IMG/VR virus record: IMGVR_UViG_3300035670_000121
Span: 1-64,000 of that record
Reading direction: 5' to 3' (one strand)
DNA from: a virus
Lineage: Duplodnaviria; Caudoviricetes
Length of the DNA: 64,000 nucleotides
How positions within the stretch are numbered: the stretch's first letter is position 1; each line of letters opens with the position of its first letter. The notes under the pieces were generated by a model, which ran no database searches, was not told where the DNA came from, and saw only the letters and a program-made list of their open reading frames with translations. Of the stretch, positions 59,687 to 64,000 are shown one piece after another. The translations under genes were made by a program, and so were the position numbers.

Positions 59687-60938
59687 AAACACTCCAGAAT
59701 ACTACGGTTATACTATAGGTCAAAATATAGTACCATATATTAATAAATGTATCGATGAAAATGGCGAATGTTATGTTTCAGAAGGTGAACATGTTTTTGG
59801 TCGCAATGATGAAGAATGGCATAAAGGTCATGTTTGGTCTGATAGTTGTATAACATGGGGTTGGAATAGGCATCATAATATTAAGTTAATTGGTGCTGGT
59901 CATGGTAAAACAATTTTCAAATTAATAGATAAAGTAAATAGTAGAAATTTATTTGGAACACCTGATCCAATTATTCACATGTTATCAACAAATTATGACG
60001 TTAGTTGCGATAATAATTTAATAGAAGGTATAACATTTGATGGCAATTACCAAAACAATCATGATATTAGTACTGTTTGCGCGATGAGGATTCGCGGTTC
60101 TAATAATACAGTAAAAAATTGTCGATTTATCAATTTTGGTGTTGGCGATAAATCAGATCATGAATGTTTTCAAGTCTTTTGTGTAGGATATGGTAAATTA
60201 GACGAAGGTTCTAAAATATTAAATAACATATTTGAATCTGTCGGCAAAAAGAAAAATAGCAAACAAGGGCATTGTCCCGAAAATACATTTGTTGCAGTTG
60301 GCGGCAAAGCGCCACAAATAAAATATAATACATTTAAAAACTGCGAATTTGATACAGTAAATCAACAAAGTCCATTACATGCGATTACAATTGCTGATTC
60401 TTTAAATGCAGAAATAACAGATAATATATTTGAAAACTTTCAAGGTAATTGCATTTACATAGATAGTTGGAAAAATAAAAATGCTGTAATAGTGAACAAC
60501 CGTGGTACAAATATATGGATTTTTATAGCTCTTACGTGTCAGTATTGGCAAAATCAAGATCAAATTAGTTACAGTGAAGATTTTTGCATAGAAAACAATG
60601 AAGTTGTTTTAAGCAATGGGGATGTATATTATCAATGGGACCGGCAACCAATTGCGTCTGTGTTTTTTGCTTATAACCATGACCCTCAATTAAATATTAA
60701 TATACATACAGGATTCAAAAATGTTATTGCAAAAGATAATAAAATCACTTTAGGCCATCGAATAATTAATGGCACTGTTGAAGCAAGCAATGTTTTGAAA
60801 TGTTATTGGGGATATATGGCAAGTACTGATAAAATCCTATTGACAAACAATCAAATTTTCAGTAATATACCTAAACCAATTGAGAAGCTATCTATCTTTA
60901 GAAGATTTATTAATTGGTTATTAAATATATTCAAATAA
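59679..60938 (+). CDS. Right-handed beta-helix (pectate lyase-like) protein
   Basis: IKLIGAGHGKTIF; IEGITFDGN; repeated IxNNxF rungs. Confidence 0.7.
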   Translation: MNKNTPEYYGYTIGQNIVPYINKCIDENGECYVSEGEHVFGRNDEEWHKGHVWSDSCITWGWNRHHNIKLIGAGHGKTIFKLIDKVNSRNLFGTPDPIIHMLSTNYDVSCDNNLIEGITFDGNYQNNHDISTVCAMRIRGSNNTVKNCRFINFGVGDKSDHECFQVFCVGYGKLDEGSKILNNIFESVGKKKNSKQGHCPENTFVAVGGKAPQIKYNTFKNCEFDTVNQQSPLHAITIADSLNAEITDNIFENFQGNCIYIDSWKNKNAVIVNNRGTNIWIFIALTCQYWQNQDQISYSEDFCIENNEVVLSNGDVYYQWDRQPIASVFFAYNHDPQLNINIHTGFKNVIAKDNKITLGHRIINGTVEASNVLKCYWGYMASTDKILLTNNQIFSNIPKPIEKLSIFRRFINWLLNIFK

Positions 60939-60940
60939 TT

Positions 60941-61414
60941 ATGAAGAGACTAATCGCACTACTATCTATTATTACTGCACTCACGGCCAACGCTTTGGAT
61001 TTCTCCATTGTTGGAAGTGGAAACACTCAAACTCAAGGACCAACTACGCCAACACAGTTTGCTACTGGTCTTCGTTTCGAAACTTTTGTTACTGATGCTA
61101 TTAGCATTGGCGCTGTTCAATCGTTTGGATTGACTGCTGTTGATAATGTATTGTTTAATACTGAAGTATTTACTGCTTACAATATTAACTATACAATTTT
61201 TGGAATGAAGAATACTGTATTCGCTGGCGGCGATGTTAATCTAGCTTATGGCGATGGAACTCAAAGCGCGTGGAAAGCTGGACCAATTCTAGGCAATCGA
61301 TTTTTCCTAACTGATAATACTTATATTCTCGCCCAAGCTGCTTACGATGTAGCTTTGAATGGCGTATCGAATAATCAGGTTCGATATACGTTAGGTTTGG
61401 CTTTTAGATTTTAA
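60941..61414 (+). CDS. Small outer-membrane beta-barrel protein
   Basis: Sec signal (..ANA); alternating beta strands; C-terminal BAM signal YTLGLAFRF. Confidence 0.7.
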   Translation: MKRLIALLSIITALTANALDFSIVGSGNTQTQGPTTPTQFATGLRFETFVTDAISIGAVQSFGLTAVDNVLFNTEVFTAYNINYTIFGMKNTVFAGGDVNLAYGDGTQSAWKAGPILGNRFFLTDNTYILAQAAYDVALNGVSNNQVRYTLGLAFRF

Positions 61415-61442
61415 TTAGAATAATCTAAAAAATTTGTGTATT

Positions 61443-61478
61443 ATCCAGTAGGGGCCAAACCCTACTGGATTTTTATTT
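61443..61478 (+). terminator. Terminator-like hairpin immediately after a GTGTA motif
   Basis: ATCCAGTAGGG-GCCAAA-CCCTACTGGAT followed by TTTT. Confidence 0.65.
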
Positions 61479-64000
61479 ATGAAATGGGTTAAATTCCTGA
61501 TAGTTAGTTTATTTCTTGTTTTTAATTTATATTCGCAAGTCATAACAAATACTGCTACATTATATTCTAACGTTACTCAAGCAGATAATAGTGTTATAAC
61601 AGTTCCTATTCCTATAACTATTGTTAGAACTAATGGAAGAATTGCCGAATTGTCATTAAATATTAGTAACGTTTCTCAAAATGCAAAACAAATCAATTTA
61701 AGAGTATATGAATTAATTTATACCACAAATGTTGTTGAGACACCGCTAACAAATTCTACTACTACTGGAGATACAACAGGTGGAAGTACTGGAGACACAA
61801 CAGGTGGTACAGGCAGCACAGATGGTGGAACAACAAGTGGAGATACTGGAGGTACAACAGGTGGAACTACAGGAGGTACAACTGGAGGATCAACAACTGG
61901 TTCTACTGGCGGAAGCACAGGCGGCACAACTGGAGGAGGAACAACATCAACAAATTATGTATATGTAACAAATAGTGTTACATTAAACGTAACTTTACAA
62001 ACTCAAACTGGGACAACAAATGACGTACAGATACCCGCTCAAACTGTTTGGCATAATGATCAATTAGAAAATATATTATTTGATATAACGAGCCTTCCAC
62101 CTGATGCAATTATATTGAGATTTAGAATATTAGATTATATTTATGATGAAAACGGTAATCTAGTAGGACCACAAGGATCAGGTACAAATAGCGGAGGAAG
62201 TGGAACTGGAGGATCTGGAACTGGTACAGGTGGAAGTGATACTGGATCTGGAGATTCAGGAACTGGCGGTGCGGATTCTGGGGGCGGATCGACAAGTCCA
62301 CCATCAGCAGATACTATACAATTTCCAGTAGAAGTACTTGGTGCTGATCAACACACAGAAGAATTTAAATTAGTTCTTAATGATAATTTAAATGATATCT
62401 ACGGCGCAAGATTCACTATACACGGTTTAGGATTTACAAATAAAGCTTCGGTTAGTATTAATGGATCACAATGGATTCCATTAAATAACAGAACGGTTAT
62501 ATTTCCAAGAAAATTTGAAAGAATATGGGTCGGAATTGGCGGTTTTCAAAACACATTAACAATGGTATTACCATTTGCCAGTAACAACATTATTCCTAGC
62601 GTAACTAATACGATTAAATTTAAGTTTAATGATATCACAAAACAAACCGTTGGATATAGAGTATTAAATGCTGATATTGTAAGAAGACAGGATACCGCTG
62701 AAAAAGAATATACATTTGGACATCTTACAGGCAGGTTTTATACAAATACAGTTTATAACTACACGCCTACAACACTTGCTACAACCAAGGTTATTGATGA
62801 TCCTAAAAATTGGACACCAGCATCAAGTGATCCTGTTGTGATTAATCAAGGAAAAGATTTATGGTTTAACGGTGATATTTCAGAGCGAGGAGTTGCTTTA
62901 AATGCTAAGTGTGGTGATTGTCATTTTACAGACGGATATGATTTGAAGTATTTCAATTATAGTGATAAATCAATTATAGCACGAAGTAAATATCATGGTT
63001 TGAGCGAGCAACAAGGTTTAGCATTAGCATCTTATATTCGTAGTTTGGATGTGCCATATCAAGAAAAAGGCAGACCTTGGAATCCACTTTATCAACCCGG
63101 ACCCGGCATGAGTACTGTGCCAATTGACAATTGGGCTGCTGGTGCAGGCATGGATTGGGTATTAGATGATGATATAAAATCATTTAATTATATTTTTCCT
63201 AACGGAACACAAGATGGAATTGTATACAATGGTGTAGTTCAACCAATAGACATAAACAAAGCATACAACATTCATGAAATACCAATTGCAATGCAACTGC
63301 CAGATTGGAATCATTGGTTGCCTAAAGTTCATTTGAAAGATAGTGCGCCTGAAATCTGGGATTGGAGTTTGACGAAAGATGGTGGCAGTGGTCGTAGATT
63401 CTTTGATTGGTTTATGGGTAGTATACCAAAAGATCAAGGAATGAAAGGTCTTGTTCAAATAATGAGATCATATGGAGAAAATACTGGTTATCAGTTGGTT
63501 CACATGGATCAATTCTTTCAGAAGAAATATTTTGATGCTGGAAAACGAATTCAATACATGAATGACATAAGAATGGCGTATCGTCATTGGGTAACCGTAA
63601 GAACATTAGAAATCATGCAAAAATGGAAGATGCAAGATTTGGGTCATGATATTCTTGAAGATAATGCTAATACAAGAGATCAATGGGGAGAAAGAGGAGC
63701 AAGATCATATATTGATTTAGGTAAGTTAGATAAAATCAAAGCACAATTTGGTAACAGTTATACGAATGTATTCAATGATAGAAGATGGTTTGCGAACAGT
63801 TTGCCTTTCCATCTAGCTCCACACATTGGAAATCTTGTAGCAGTGACGGATCAAAACGATCCTAATTTCACTTATGAACCTTATGGTGATCAGTCTCCAC
63901 AATGGTATCAACTACAAATGTATCTTGATGATAGCAATAGAATGCCAGAATATAACATAATTGATTGGGGATATTTACATAACTTCTTGTGGGGAGCAAC
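61479..64000 (+). CDS. Large secreted protein with Gly/Thr/Ser linkers and a c-type heme motif (3' truncated), not in the ORF track
   Basis: MKWVKFLIVSLFLVFNLYS signal; frame appears open to the window end; KCGDCHFTDGYDLKYFNYS at 62907-62963. Confidence 0.75.
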   Translation, partial: MKWVKFLIVSLFLVFNLYSQVITNTATLYSNVTQADNSVITVPIPITIVRTNGRIAELSLNISNVSQNAKQINLRVYELIYTTNVVETPLTNSTTTGDTTGGSTGDTTGGTGSTDGGTTSGDTGGTTGGTTGGTTGGSTTGSTGGSTGGTTGGGTTSTNYVYVTNSVTLNVTLQTQTGTTNDVQIPAQTVWHNDQLENILFDITSLPPDAIILRFRILDYIYDENGNLVGPQGSGTNSGGSGTGGSGTGTGGSDTGSGDSGTGGADSGGGSTSPPSADTIQFPVEVLGADQHTEEFKLVLNDNLNDIYGARFTIHGLGFTNKASVSINGSQWIPLNNRTVIFPRKFERIWVGIGGFQNTLTMVLPFASNNIIPSVTNTIKFKFNDITKQTVGYRVLNADIVRRQDTAEKEYTFGHLTGRFYTNTVYNYTPTTLATTKVIDDPKNWTPASSDPVVINQGKDLWFNGDISERGVALNAKCGDCHFTDGYDLKYFNYSDKSIIARSKYHGLSEQQGLALASYIRSLDVPYQEKGRPWNPLYQPGPGMSTVPIDNWAAGAGMDWVLDDDIKSFNYIFPNGTQDGIVYNGVVQPIDINKAYNIHEIPIAMQLPDWNHWLPKVHLKDSAPEIWDWSLTKDGGSGRRFFDWFMGSIPKDQGMKGLVQIMRSYGENTGYQLVHMDQFFQKKYFDAGKRIQYMNDIRMAYRHWVTVRTLEIMQKWKMQDLGHDILEDNANTRDQWGERGARSYIDLGKLDKIKAQFGNSYTNVFNDRRWFANSLPFHLAPHIGNLVAVTDQNDPNFTYEPYGDQSPQWYQLQMYLDDSNRMPEYNIIDWGYLHNFLWGA

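Noticed and set aside
61718-63606. Short ORFs on both strands at the right end
   Set aside because: Shadows of the long + strand ORF starting at 61479.
1-64000. Stop-codon reassignment
   Set aside because: Conserved genes are full length in code 11, and the only tRNA is Gln(UUG), not a suppressor.

Overview
This is an AT-rich, gene-dense segment of a large (jumbo-type) tailed dsDNA phage genome. The host is probably a diderm freshwater bacterium: sigma70 TTGACA/TATACT promoters, a sigma54 promoter, near-leaderless genes and an outer-membrane beta-barrel point to a PVC/Verrucomicrobiota-like host (inference). Virion genes include a collagen-like tail fibre, a tail-tube-like protein and a trypsin-like/Ig protein. 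About ten glycosyltransferases accompany an NDP-deoxysugar cluster (rfbH, rfbB, split transketolase, fcl/colC, colD, gmd). Nucleotide-metabolism genes are nrdJ, dNMP kinase, dut, guaC and dCMP deaminase. The bacterial-type replisome has recA, dnaB, dnaG, PHP, dnaQ and a dnaE fractured by a split intein around a Vsr-type homing endonuclease. Also present are ClpC, a tubulin/FtsZ-family GTPase, a phage sigma factor, tRNA-Gln, UvsE and a putative lysis pair. At the right edge sit an OMP and a large secreted CxxCH (c-type heme) protein that the ORF track missed. Three promoter classes are readable directly: sigma70, sigma54 and a recurrent GTGTA-N9-14-start putative late promoter. All product calls come from motifs recognised by eye; no database search was run.
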